From: Lingula anatina
Taxonomy: Eukaryota > Animalia > Brachiopoda
Direction: 5' to 3'
DNA: 64,000 nucleotides
NCBI GenBank assembly: GCA_051362555.1
Contig: CM120643.1
Location: 25,858,848 to 25,922,847, forward strand
Position numbers and translations under genes: made by a program. The notes below the pieces were generated by a model that made no database searches, was not told the DNA's origin, and saw nothing but the letters and a program-made list of their open reading frames with translations. How positions within the stretch are numbered: the first letter of the stretch is position 1; every line of letters starts with the position of its first letter. This document shows positions 1-12,900 of this stretch, piece after piece.

Positions 1-3000
1 CTATAGCAACTAAGGGATCCTTATCACAACAGCAACAACAACAACAACAACAAAGTACACACAACAATGTGACATTGATTGATCCCATGGGGCTACCGTT
101 ACAGACTATATCTGAGTCAGATATGAACCATATGAACTCTATGAATGGCAATGCTGCCTGTACTACTACCACAACTGCTGCTGCTGCCACTAACAGGCTT
201 ATAGACAATGACGTGGAGATGGGCTCTCTAGAAGAGGAGTACCATTCCCCACACAGTAATGGCGTTTCGAATGGAGTTTCGCACACAAATGGAGTTAGTC
301 GAGAAGAGCTGGAGTGTGATATGGGTATGTTTTGGGTGAAATTTTTTTCATCAAATAGAAAAAAGTTATAAAAGTTTTGAAAAAAGGATACCATACAACA
401 CATGCATCTTTTATATACTATTCTTCACTACATATAAGCTAAAATGCATTGATGGAATTACACAATAAGATGCTGGGGGGATGTAACAAAAATATGTAAT
501 GTACTGGGATAAATATTTGAAATTTCCAGAAAATGCCTTCATGAGAGCACAAATGTCTGATATATTGCTTTAAAAATGGAAAAAGCTATCAAGTTGTAAT
601 TGTACCACCAGCGTAGGCGCTGGCGGTACCCATGGTTTTAGTCCCGACCCGTATGTTCCGCCGGCTCCGCCGGCTCCTGCGGCTCCTGCGGCTCCGCCGG
701 CTCCGCCGCCAAGTCACTGTTACCGCTTCTCCTCCTAGACGGTAAGGGCCCCTGTACCCATCTCTTGGATTTAGGTCACCTATAATCTCAACTCGTTCCA
801 CGTAAAATTTGGGCTTTGTCGGTATTGGGGTCTAGGTGTGGCACTCATTGCAATGCACCCTTGTCTAAAAATGGCAAAATTAAATGCTAATTATCTACCC
901 TACGGAAGGAGTTATGGGAAAAATTTCTACAGACAGCTTTCCAAAAGTCATATGTGTAGATTTCAAATATGCCCTTGGATTTGACCTTTGACCTTTATTT
1001 CAAGGTCAAACAGGCCAAAATTTTCAAAAAAATGAAATTTTTTACGAAAAAAATTTTTTTTGCCCTGTTATTCAGACACCACACAGACTTAACCAATAAT
1101 ATTATTGGAAAGTGTTACCCTTCGGGTCATCTTTCATCTCCGTGAATTTGGGGTCAATCGGTGCATTTTCACGGGAGTAGCGGCCATAAAGTACCGAAAC
1201 TGAAAACTGTCTCTAATTCGGGAACCGTTAATGCTAGAGACCCATTCTTTTTTGCATTTTGTAGAGCATGTAAAGCCCAACACTGGAGGTGGTCTCCATT
1301 TTTTTGTATTCCATACGGTTTTCAAGTTATGCTGTATCAAAAAGTACATAATGGTGGTGAAAGCAAAATGTGCAGTACGGTAATGGATAATAAATTTTGA
1401 ACTCTGGAAAAATAATACATAAGGCTTGGCAAAGCAGACAACTTGTGGTCAAAAATGACATTATTTCATCAAATTTGAACTTCTGGAACTTCAGAGCTTT
1501 TCCTATTTTAAGAATTTTGACCAAAATGATGTTTTCTTTATTTTAATTAATCTTTTCTGTAGGAAATTTATGGCACATTATGGTAACTCCAAAATTATAA
1601 CATTTAGTCCCTTATATCTCCAAAACTGGCAGAGACAGGTCCATAGTTACCATTGAAGTTGAATAGGAAGTCATATAGTGGCAATCTTACTGTGACCTTG
1701 AAATTGACCTTTGACCTACTTTTCACCATGAACTGAACTTTGCAAATTTTGCTTCCCTTTTATCTCCAAAACTGGCAGAGATAGGTCCATAGTTACTATT
1801 GAACTTGAATAGGAAGTCATATACTGGCAATCCAAATGTGACCTTGAAATTGACCTTTGACCTACTTTTCACCATGAACTGAACTTTGCAAATTTTGCTT
1901 CCCTTTTATCTCCAAAACTGGCAGAGATAGGTCCATAGTTACTATTGAAGTTGAATGGGAAGTCATATACTGGCAATCTTAATGTGACCTTAAAATTGAC
2001 CTTTGACCTACTTTTCACCATGAACTGAACTTTGCAAATTTTGCTTCCCTTATATCTCCAAAACTGGCAGAGATAGGTCCATAGTTTTTATTGAACTTGA
2101 ATGGGAAGTCATATACTGGCACTCTAAATGTGACCTTAAAATTGACCTTTGACCTACTTTTCACCATGAACTGAACTTTGCAAATTTTGCTTCCCTTATA
2201 TCTCCAAAACTGGCAGAGATAGGTCCATGGGTACTGTTGAACTTGAATATGAAGTCATATACTGGCAATCTAAATGTGACCTTAAAATTGACCTTTGACC
2301 TACTCTTCACCATGAACTGAACTTTGCAAATTTTGCTTCCCTTATATCTCCAAAACTGGCAGAGATACGTCCATAGTTACTATTGAAGTTGAATGGGAAG
2401 TCATATACTGGCAATCTAAATGTGACCTTAAAATTGACCTTTGACCTACTTTTCACCATGAACTGAACTTTGCAAATTTTGCTTCCCTTGTATCTCCAAA
2501 ACTGGCAGAGATAGGTCCATAGTTACTATTGAACTTGAATAGGAAGTCATATACTGGCAATCTAAATGTGACCTTAAAATTGACCTTTGACCTACTTTTC
2601 ACCATGAACTGAACTTTGCAAATTTTGCTTCCCTTTTATCTCCAAAACTGGCAGAGATAGGTCCATAGTTACTATTGAACTTGAATAGGAAGTCATATAT
2701 TGGCAATCTAAATGTGACCTTAAAATTGACCTTTGACCTACTTTTCACTATGAACTGAATTTTGCAAATTTTGCTTCCCTTTTATCTCTAAAGTTACGCT
2801 GTATCAAAAAATACATATTGGTGGTGAAAGCAAAATGTGCAGTACGGTAATGGATAATAAATTTTGAACTCCGGAAAAATAATACATAAGGCTTGGCAAA
2901 GCAGACAACTTGTGGTCAAAAATGACATTATTTCATCAAATTTGAACACCTGGAACTTCAGAGCACCTCCCATTTCAAGAATTTTGACCAAAATGACCTT

Positions 3001-4633
3001 TTCTTTATTTTAATTAATTTTTTCTGTAGGAAATGTATGGCACTTTATGGTAACTCCAAAATTATAACATTTAGTCCCTTTTATCTGCAAAACTGGCAGA
3101 GATAGGTCCATAGATACTATTGAACTTGAATAGAAAGTCATATACTGGCAATCTTACTGTGACCTTGAAATTGACATTTGACCCTTTTTTTCACCATGAA
3201 CTGAACTTTGCAAATTTTGCTTCCCTTTTATCTCCAAAACTGGCAGAGATAGGTCCATAGTTACTATTGAACTTGAATAGGAAGTCAAATACTGGCAATC
3301 TTACTGTGACCTTGAAATTGACCTTTGACCTACTTTTCACCATGAACTGAATTTTGTAAATTTTGCTTCCCTTTTATCTCTAAAACTGGCAAAGATAGGT
3401 CTATAGTTACTATTGAACTTGAATAGGAAGTCATATACTGGCAATCTAAGTGTGACCTTGAAATTGACCTTTGACCCACTTTTTATCATGAATTGAACTT
3501 TGCAAATTTTGGTTCCCTTTTATCTCCAAAACTAGCAAGATAGGTCCATAGTTACTATTGAAATTGAATAGGAAGTCATATACTGGCAATCTAAGTGTGA
3601 CCTTGAAATTGACCTTTGATCTACTTATTATCATGAACTGAACTCTGCTAATTTCTTTCTCTTTTAACTCCAAACCTGGCAGAGATAGGTCCATAGTTAC
3701 TATTGAACTTGAATAGGAAGTCATATACTGGCAATTTACTGTGACCTTGAAAATGACCTTTCACCTACCTTACGATGAACTTAAATTTGATTGTACCATT
3801 TTTAGTTTCATATATTTTTTGCAAATATTGAAAATTCTTGTTGATTGCATGTTTACAGCTTGTCAAGCACAAGACTAGTGGCTGTGTCCCTTATTTTGTG
3901 TATGTGGGGGTCTATACGAATGCGCTTGCTCCAGCTGGTGGTACAATATTCGGAGGCGGTATCGCCTCTCTGATCCTCTAGTTTTATTACTGGACAATAT
4001 ATCAAGTGGGTAAAAATTGAAAGAAAACCTTGAATTTTAAGAGTTAAATTATCTGCAGTTGGTGTGTATTGTAACCCTATTCTGTCATTCTTGAAGACAC
4101 TAGTGAGTTTCCACACCAACAGAAGCGTCAGTTATGTGGAGGAAACCAAGCCGCCATTGAAAAAATGCTCCAATACGGCAGGGAACTTCATGCTATGAGT
4201 GTACAACTACGCAATGAATACGGAAAAAACCAAGCCAATAAAAAGGCACTGCAGGTGGGTGAAACTTGTCCATTATCAAAGTTATTAAGCTGTCTCAAAG
4301 AATTTATTTTTTGAATGATATAAAATATCATTCTTGCAAAATTGCTGTCAGTAGTTATTTATTTCTTTGCATTGCTGTCTAGTTATATCTCTAATATATC
4401 TGTGTATTTATCAGCATTTCTGTCTAGTTCCATCAATAAATTTCTATGTATTTACCAGCATTTGTGTCTAGTTCTACATAAAATCTCTCTGTGTACAGGA
4501 TGCATTCAGCCTGCTGGCCTACTCAGACCCGTGGAACAGTCCTGTGGGTTTTCAGCTGGACCCTGTCCAGAGAGAACCTGTCTGTGCTGCCCTCAACAGT
4601 GCCATCCTAGGTAACTACACACACACACACTCA

Positions 4634-4689
<56 letters not shown>

Positions 4690-5022
4690 CATAAATACAT
4701 ATTCAAAACTTTCTTTTAACTTTTGTCTGCAGAAATAAAATCTTTCAAACAAGAAACATTGGAAAGTAATCAATTGGAAGATAAATTGTAAAATAAAATA
4801 ATAATAATAATAATAATAAAAAAGACTGCCTAAAATTTAATGTTTAATAACAAAACCGTTAAGATGAAAACATTTATTGTTGTCCTTCCAGAATCACATG
4901 GCCTCCCTAAAACCCCTCCTCTCCAGCTTATCATAGGCCAAGCCACAGAGTGTATGAAGATGATGGCCAAAGTGGGCGCAGGATCCTGTGCTTTTGCCTC
5001 AGTTACGGACTACTTACACTAA
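1..5022 (+). CDS. RANBP9: Ran-binding protein 9/10 (CTLH/GID complex scaffold), 3' part; 5' end lies outside the window
   Basis: Exons <1-324, 4097-4254, 4499-4610 and 4892-5022 have GT-AG ends and consistent phases. Translation ...[23 protein letters not shown]...KKALQ|[37 protein letters not shown]|[43 protein letters not shown] matches the RanBP9/10 CRA domain and C-terminus. RANBP9 cannot be told from RANBP10. Confidence 0.95.
1615..2790 (+). repeat. 146-bp tandem repeat array 1 (8 copies) inside the HINE
   Basis: Unit start TATCTCCAAAACTGGCAGAGA recurs at 1615, 1761, 1907 and so on to 2637, with a partial copy at 2783. Each unit contains TGACCTTTGACC. Confidence 0.95.
3082..3785 (+). 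repeat. 146-bp tandem repeat array 2 (about 5 more diverged copies) inside the HINE
   Basis: Same unit as array 1. It follows a second copy (2791-3081) of the 290-bp segment at 1324-1614. Confidence 0.9.
4617..4685. repeat. (CA)n microsatellite
   Basis: Interrupted CA run just after the donor at 4611. Confidence 0.95.
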
Positions 5023-5997
5023 CCTAGGTGCATGATTTAGCTGGACAGTTTTTACCATTGCACTGCACAGAACGACCACTGACTCTTTCTCTCTCTGTTT
5101 AGACTCTACGGTTTTTTGTTTCCAATTATGCAAGTCATCAAGATGGCTGCTTGTTGTACATGTAGGCTGTGATTGGCAATAGAAAGCACACCATTTGTGT
5201 TTGATTGATCTGCAGTGTGTAAAGTGCCACTGGATATAATATTCTAGAGATGTAATAGGTAGGCTGGTAGCTGAATTGTTATAAAGCCTGATGGACATGG
5301 AATTACTACAGTTTATGATGTGTTTACTGAAAGAATTTTTGAATAAGAATTTGTAAATATATTGTAGGGCTCATCTTGATAATAGGTGGTGCTGCTCCAC
5401 GGTAAAGAACCTGATGCTGACATATGAAGATGACTTGTACAGAAAAATATTTGTAAGACAGAAGTTTTGAAGTACAAGCAAGGATGGTAGAGATATTGTA
5501 GTTCAAGCAATAGGAATCATCATAAATAGCCTCAATCCAGACTGCCAGTATGGCGGGATGATAAATGAGACTAGAAAATGTGTGAGGATTGGTGTTAGGT
5601 GTGGTTAACCTTATATCCATTAGGGAGAAACTGTATGTGCCAGGAATGTGGTCTTAGATAGCAATACAAAAGTAACACACAAAACACAAAACTGTTGTGC
5701 AAATGACAGTCATTCTTCAGAACTTGAGATAAAACAGTCAAGAGATAATTTCTGGATAAATCAGTTTCTTATTCCTTGCGTCACCATACTTGGTGTCTTT
5801 ATTTCTTCCCTCATTCTCCTCCAAATCCCCCCAAAAAAGTCTCTTGGTTGAACATTTAGTCACAATATCTTGGGACAACTGAGTTGATTCCAATTTCGCA
5901 AAGCAAGATTGCTGCAAAATAACGAGGTGTTAACTGTGTGGTCACTTGGGATATGTTTCATCTCGAGACCATAAGTGTTTATTAGATGACTGAATTA

Positions 5998-6229
5998 AGG
6001 GCTCATATCCAATGGAACTGTCTTTCTATGTATATTGATTGAACTGCGCGGGGACTCAAACTGAATGCAATTAGATTAACCAATTAACACACCTCTTCCT
6101 GGCATTAAGTAGAATACAGAAAAACTGGTGATTATGTATGTTGTAAGCAAGAGGAGGTGTGTTAATCTGATTGCGTTCAGCTAGTCTTCCTGGAGTTGTA
6201 TTGATCTTATTTCAATGGGAATGAGCCCT
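5998..6229. mobile_element. Degenerate palindromic MITE (Tourist/Harbinger-like)
   Basis: Termini AGGGCTCATATCCAATGGAA / TTCAATGGGAATGAGCCCT. Inner arms CTGAATGCAATTAGATTAAC..ACACCTC and GAGGTGTGTTAATCTGATTGCGTTCAG pair with each other. A related copy lies at 48334-48470. Confidence 0.7.
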
Positions 6230-7638
6230 GAGAGTTTGTTTTTATACTTTGAGGTGGCCACATAAACATGTGGTGCATGTAGGAGAGTTTTTAGCAGAGC
6301 TAATTGAGGTTTATGAAATGAAAGATTGTGAAGTTCATAACCAGGCATCCAGAGACAAGATGTTAATCCCAGAGGGAAAGAAAGAACCCCCCAAAATAGC
6401 TAGATTGATTCAGGTCAAACATGGTGTTATTTAATTTATACAATATCATAGTACATGGTGCTGGATTCTGATAATTATACCTGTAGGAATAGACAAAGGA
6501 AACGAGATATAGAAAGGAAAGCATGCAGGTTTAAAGGATTTTACAAATATTTATTTTATTTCCATGGAAAGTAGTGAGTGGCTTGCAGTGTATTGAATGG
6601 GTCATGTAAAAAAATGTGACGTCATGTAAAAAATGTGACAGACAGGTGTGATGTTGATGTGGCCATTAGACACTATAAATATCTTCTGTAAATTGGCATT
6701 GTGAGGGGTGAAGCTCATTTATAAACTTCCTTGCCTGACAGACCCTTGGTTTTGTTAGAATGCGTGAACTACTACTGCAACAGAATGACACTTTTATATG
6801 AAGTGTGATCACTTCTCTTTGGGTGATGATGGCATTTTTTTCTTTTTCGAAATTTGTTTGGAGGGTAGAAATGTGCACAGAATAAGCCAGAAAAATATCT
6901 GCAGAAAATAACTCCTTGAGGCCATGTGTGAGCACCCAATCTGGCTGGATATTTTTATAGAGAACGTTGTGAAGTCTGGTGAGGTTACTGGTTGGGATTT
7001 TAAATCAAAGTTGCATCTTACTTGTGGTCAGACAAAAATTTGTTCTTGCATTATGTGATATTGGGGACATGCTGTCAAGTAATGGGGTGAAATGTCACCT
7101 TCCTAAATGTATTGAAAGGGAATTTATAATATTTATAATATTTGGAAAGAAAAGACACTTTTGAAACTTTCTTAAAACTAGGTTGAAATCAAAAACTTGA
7201 TGTAATCAAATAATCACCTAATCATACCCTTAGTCTGACTAAGGCGATAATCACATGAAATGGCCTAATTAAGGTTTACAGCAGTTGTTGTAGTTCGTTT
7301 TCAAAATAATATCTTACTCACTTATAAAAGAAATAGAATTTTTCAATACCCCTATATCTTTATAGCTTGACATACCTCACAGATTATAGATATTAGAAGG
7401 AATTTGGCAGCGAGTAATTCAGCAATAGGTTGATAGTATTAAGGAGAGCTGACATATTTTCTGACCAAAATCTGTTATACGAAAATCTGTTTATAAAAAT
7501 ATGCTGTCAATAATGAGAAACTATTTTGGTAATGTGTGCAAGTAAACGTGGATGCTTCATTTTCAACCTTGTGGAATTTTGAAAGTGGTCAGATTTGGAA
7601 GGATAGGGTGCTGTATGTATCTAGTACCATATGACATA

Positions 7639-7813
7639 GGCCTGATTTAGAATAGGGGACTTACTAGTCTGAGGATCAAATATGGCCGACCCACTTGAAT
7701 AATTCCCCACAGGATGTCCATTCAGTGTCTATTAGAGTATTAGATAGCAAGCTTTGTAGTGGGTCGCCATATTTGACCCTCGGACTAGTTAGTCCCCTAT
7801 TCTGAATTGGGCC
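7639..7813. mobile_element. MITE with about 56-bp terminal inverted repeats
   Basis: GGCCTGATTTAGAATAGGGGACTTACTAGTCTGAGGATCAAATATGGCCGACCCACT pairs with AGTGGGTCGCCATATTTGACCCTCGGACTAGTTAGTCCCCTATTCTGAATTGGGCC. Confidence 0.8.
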
Positions 7814-9993
7814 ATGTAAAATTTTGGGTATTATAAAAGCAATTTTTTTCCTACACTTTTATTTTCTGGTGAACCATGTAGAATGGTGCAGATTGACTGA
7901 AAACTCGACACACCCAGGGTTCCATTACGCTCCCCAACTTACACAAGATGGGGAACTAACTCCCTAATGATTGATTTCTTTATTTATTTACATTTGTTGT
8001 TAATCTACAATAAAAGTGTACTCATCAGGGGGCTGTCAGTAAACAGGTTCAATTTTCTTCATGCAGGGAATGGGCCATGCGCGGTATTTTATTGCATATC
8101 TATAATTAATAGTCACTTAGTACCGTTCACATGATTGTAGACATTTGATATATATATATATATTATTGGTGATCTCCCGTTCTTGAAGTGTGAAGATTAA
8201 TTATCAGTCAACCTTTAACATATTATTGTCATATAATTAAACATAGTACACTCAATGTTCCTGTATTAAATGAATAATTACTGGGTTGTATGCCAGACTT
8301 TACAGAAAATAAAAATTATTATCAGTGATGGGCTTTGTTTCTCTCTGGGTCAGGGTTCCAAAGGATTTTTTAAAAAACTTAACAGTATTAATTTGTCTCT
8401 GTAAATTGTCAATTTATGGTGCAAATCTTAAGTCAAGTCCTAAGAACATTCTGAAAACTTTTCACTTTGATCATATCCCATTCATAATGACCAGTAAATT
8501 TTTAAAAATAAATATTAAATACAATGTGATTTACACTAATGAAATTTTAATAATAATAATAATAAAAGAATAAAAAAACTAACTCAGATCTGACTAGTTT
8601 TATTTTATAATTCTGTTAGTGTGTACATCAATAACAATATCTGGGTATGAACACTACCCATTTCCCCTAAAACTGCTCTTCTGATCTCTGCTAGGAAGCA
8701 TTCACAACCCAAATGTTACGTACAAATCAAATATAAAAATTCTGCTTTAAAGCTTTCCTCTCTGACTTTGGTAAAGAGCAGGAAATATCCCAAACAGTTG
8801 CCACACAAGCCACTCAATAGAGCTTTTCACAATGAGCATTATGTTATCTTTGTGATACACCCATACCAATAGCTTGGTAGTTTAACAGTTGCCCCGCATC
8901 TTATTGTCACGTACAATTTATTACGCTTAAAGGAACTTTACTCCCTTTCACAAGTTCACTTCTTGCTGTTTAGTAGATACTCAAATGGCCATGTTGAGGG
9001 AGAGCTCCATTCTCATGACCCCCTTACATTATAGCCTGGCTGTTATCGTAAGTGGTCAATCTCTTAAAACATATCGCGTACAGCTGTATCACAAAGATGT
9101 CACTCTCTATGTGAAAAGAACTTTTTAATTAGCCACTCTCACTACAACAGAAAGCCAGAAATCACCCATTAAAAAAAAACAAATAAATAAAAATAAATAA
9201 ATAATAATAATAATAATTTTAACAATAAATAAAATAAAAAAACTAATGTATGGGTGGTATGTATTACCAAACCAGCAGCTAGAGTTCAGCTCTCTTAATG
9301 CTGATAACAAACTTCAAAAGGGCAACTATACCACATTCAGAAATATTTGAAAAATATTCTCTGTGAAAACCAATCCCTTCGTGTGGTACATGAACTAGCA
9401 TGTTACATGGATAATGATGATTCTATCAACAAAATATAACATCATCTCTATGATAATAAATTATTACACAAGCTGCTTTGAATGTGTATATCCAAGGATA
9501 TGACATAACAAAAATGGAAAAAGGGTAAAACTAAATGACCAGGGGTTTAGAGAAGGGGCTAAAGAAACGAAGCAAATTTTCTTTGACCAGCCTAAATAGG
9601 GAGGCCACTCCTCTCCGTACCAAATGGTCAATCCAGTAATGAGCAAAGCAAGTGGAGGGCAGTATTTCACTGATATATACTGGCTGTCTATGACTAGCTT
9701 TGGATAACATGTCTACATATTTTTTCAGAGAAACTGGGACATAAATGGAGTGGGACTACAGCAAAGATATTTAAGCAAATATCTACTTCCAGAATCCTGT
9801 TCTGGCTTTTATTTTCCTGCTTCCTCTTTCAGTACTGTTATCTGGAAAACACGGAGGGATTGACTTGGGATTCAATTCTTATGGATTCAAGTCTTATTAT
9901 CTTTTCTGAAAACGAAGAGATATCCTAGCAAAATTACTCTCCTCATGATGGTGATAATAATGATGATGATGATGATGATGATGATGCAGTCTC

Positions 9994-12900
9994 TTATGGC
10001 TGAAGCTTAGAGTAACTTGGTGGTGAAAACTTTCTCCTGAGATATTTGAGGATGTAGAGTGGGATACAGCTTACAGAGGTGATCACAAGAACTTTCCAGA
10101 CAAAGTCCCAACTCTTCAGAAAGTCTTCATCTGGAAATAATAATAATTATAATAATAATAATAATATTTATTTAGAGTCTACAATCCAATTATGTTCAGT
10201 AGACCTTACAATACAATATGAATATATAGAAAGGCTAGTATATAATCGACTCAAACAAATTGATTTAAATAATGTAGAATTAAGTTTTATTTCATGAAGC
10301 CCTGTGAAATATATATTCATAATGATGCAGTTACAACTTTTACATTTTCTTGCCAGCCTGCTTCAGTAAATACGGTGTTGGATAAATATCTGTATTTATC
10401 TATTTTTGGAAAAAATCGTATTAAGCAACAGAAGACCAAGAAAAAAACTTACCAAAGTAGAAATTCTTGAGCACCACCAGAGATGCCACGTAAATGCCAA
10501 AGCTGAAGATCTCCGCCACTGCCATCAGCCAATGCCAGGTCCGTATCGTCAAGGCAACCATCAGTAATTCTGTGAGGATGAGTGATGTAAAGGTGATGGA
10601 GACCACATGGATAAAGTCTTCATCAAATAGCAGGAATGCACCATACATGATTATACCACCTGAGTGGATAGGAAATAAAGCACCTGTTAGACAAACTGAA
10701 GCCATACATGATGGACATTACTGTGTTTTGGTATTTTCAACCTCTAAGTCAAAAACTAATGAATGTTATTAAAGTCAGCCTCTGTGTCAATGAGCAATAT
10801 AGGAGTTTCACATTAGTCAGAACTGAATGCCAGTGTCGGATCCAGTGTTAAGCAGAGGGGGTTGGGGTGGTGTAGGGTGGGGTGGGGGTGGGAGTTGATA
10901 CTGTTTTACCATTTCTAGCTCCCCATTTCTTTTTGGACATGCACTGCTATCTCTTCCACTTTTAGTGAAATTGTTAATGTTCAAACACTCTTAAAACTGA
11001 TATAATAAATCAGACAGAGGAAACTTCAAATTCTATTAAATTTAGCTGGATAGCACAAGGTTTAAATATTGTCCTATCTGATCAATAAAACCAGGCATCA
11101 CAAATACTGCTGTAGAGCCTGTATAATACCACCTACCTTGGTACAGACTAATCAGCACCCATAAGAAGAAAGTTTTGAAGGAAAGCGACCTCCCCTGGAA
11201 TAATAACAGCATCAGGCTCATTTTTCATTTTTTTCCTCAAAAATCTTCACTCTAATTCATTTTTTTTCTTTCTGGCAAGAATCATCTTATTATTCAAGTG
11301 CCAGTTACTGAGCTAATGCTGGGGTGAATTTTATTACGCTAAAAAGCTGAATGATTCTGGACAAACGAAAAATCTGAACTATAATAATATCCAGCAAATG
11401 ATAATCCATTAAAAAAGCAGTGAAACCTTATCCAAAGCAATTATACAAAAAGCTCGACGAAAAAACACGACTAAAATTTGACTTTATGCACATGAGACAA
11501 GACTCACGAAATCAACGCAAACAATACCTCGCATTGATCATTTAAATATGTTTTTCATATTATGATTATTATAAATATCCCAAGCCTTACCTTAGTGAGA
11601 TCTTTATACAGTTCAGGGTAGGTCATTGCTATCTCTGCAGATACATCTTTATCTAACACCAGAGAGAATACTGGGTACATGGTGTAGATAGTGGCATAGC
11701 TGGAACAAAACATCAAATACAGTGGCATTAGAAAACCTAGAGCATTTTAACCAGGCACTAATAGTGGCAAAGATGAATTATTACATCAATACAGTGGCAT
11801 TAGAAAATGTTGAACTTTTAAATCTAAAACTTGTTTTGTATCTCTTAATACAGCACCAAAGAGAACAACAGGCACATGGTCTATTTAGTAGCATGGCTGG
11901 AGATTTTGGAGAGTTCTAATTAACTGCACTTTTTGCCAGAAAAAGGGTGAAATTTGAACTAAATCACACAGTTTCATGGTAAAAAGGCCTACGTTTTCAG
12001 AAAAAAAAAACTCAGAGAGCAGCTTACCCAACCATGAGGAAGCCAGGAAAGAGTGCTATGGAGGCAAAGTAGAAGACTGAGGAGAAGATGGCTTGCATGG
12101 TGGAGATAATAAGACCTCTGTGGATCACAAACTGGCTCAGTGACGCTGACCTCTTGTAGCTGGAAGAGATGTTACAGGTACATTGTAAGTAAAATGATGA
12201 AACATGTCGAATAGTTTTATCCATTGATTATTTACTATTTGAAGATCTCATGAATACGGGATATTGAGAATAAATTTTTTCGTTTTTTTTATTCATATAA
12301 ATAGCAACTGCATTGTGCAGTTAATTAAGTTTTGGATAATGAATATGGTGGTGTGTAATTGCCACTTTCTATAACACTGTTTAAGGTGAGATGTGAAACA
12401 TTGCCATTTCAGTACCCATAGAAAATATTTATTGGTGACAAATTAACAAAGATAATAGTACTGGAACACAGTACCCTGTATCACTGTAATAATGATATAA
12501 AATGATCACCTGTTTCTGCCATGCACCAACAATAACCTGGCCACATGACTGAACTGTGTGATAGAGAAGTCAGCTGCTAGCGACGCCTGCTTACCCTCCT
12601 ACAAAAAAAAAAAATAATAAAATAAAATAAAATAAATAATAAATAAATATATAAAGAAATAAATGTTTGAGAAAATCTATCTGTCACAGCCACCTTGCCT
12701 TATTGATTCATTTCAACATTTTACACCTAAAAATCTGGGAGACATATTTCTATTAAGATATTGTTTTAAATTAGTAACATAAGTTAGAGTTCAAGTGATA
12801 TAAGTTAGGGTGGAGCATATATGTTTGCTAATAAATTGGAAATATTTGGTGCTGCGGTAATTAAAATTGGTCTCACCAGTATTTGTGTGAGATGCATAAC

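Larger units (their letters stand above)
599..3981 (+). mobile_element. Non-autonomous Helentron/DINE-1-like (HINE) rolling-circle element with internal satellite arrays, in a RANBP9/10 intron
   Basis: 14-bp subterminal inverted repeat ATTGTACCACCAGC (599-612) / GCTGGTGGTACAAT (3934-3947); 5' palindrome GTACCaCCAGCG-tagg-CGCTGGcGGTAC; 9-bp CCGGCTCCG minisatellite (about 657-710); central tandem arrays; 3' hairpin GAGGCG-gtat-CGCCTC (3953-3968); ends CTAG followed by TTTT. No coding capacity. Confidence 0.85.

Noticed and set aside
589-801. Protamine-like RRS-repeat ORF on the minus strand
   Set aside because: It is the translation of the 9-bp minisatellite inside the HINE.
1615-3785. 146-bp array as a CRISPR-like or coding repeat
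   Set aside because: Units are contiguous and near-identical with no unique spacers. The ORFs at 1327-1524, 2794-2991 and 3446-3724 are by-products of the repeat, and the context is a eukaryotic intron.
10831-10946. G-rich tract (G-quadruplex-like) between CAGTGTCGGATCCA and TGGACATGCACTG
   Set aside because: Probably a decayed MITE. The TIRs are too degenerate to call and nothing supports a function.
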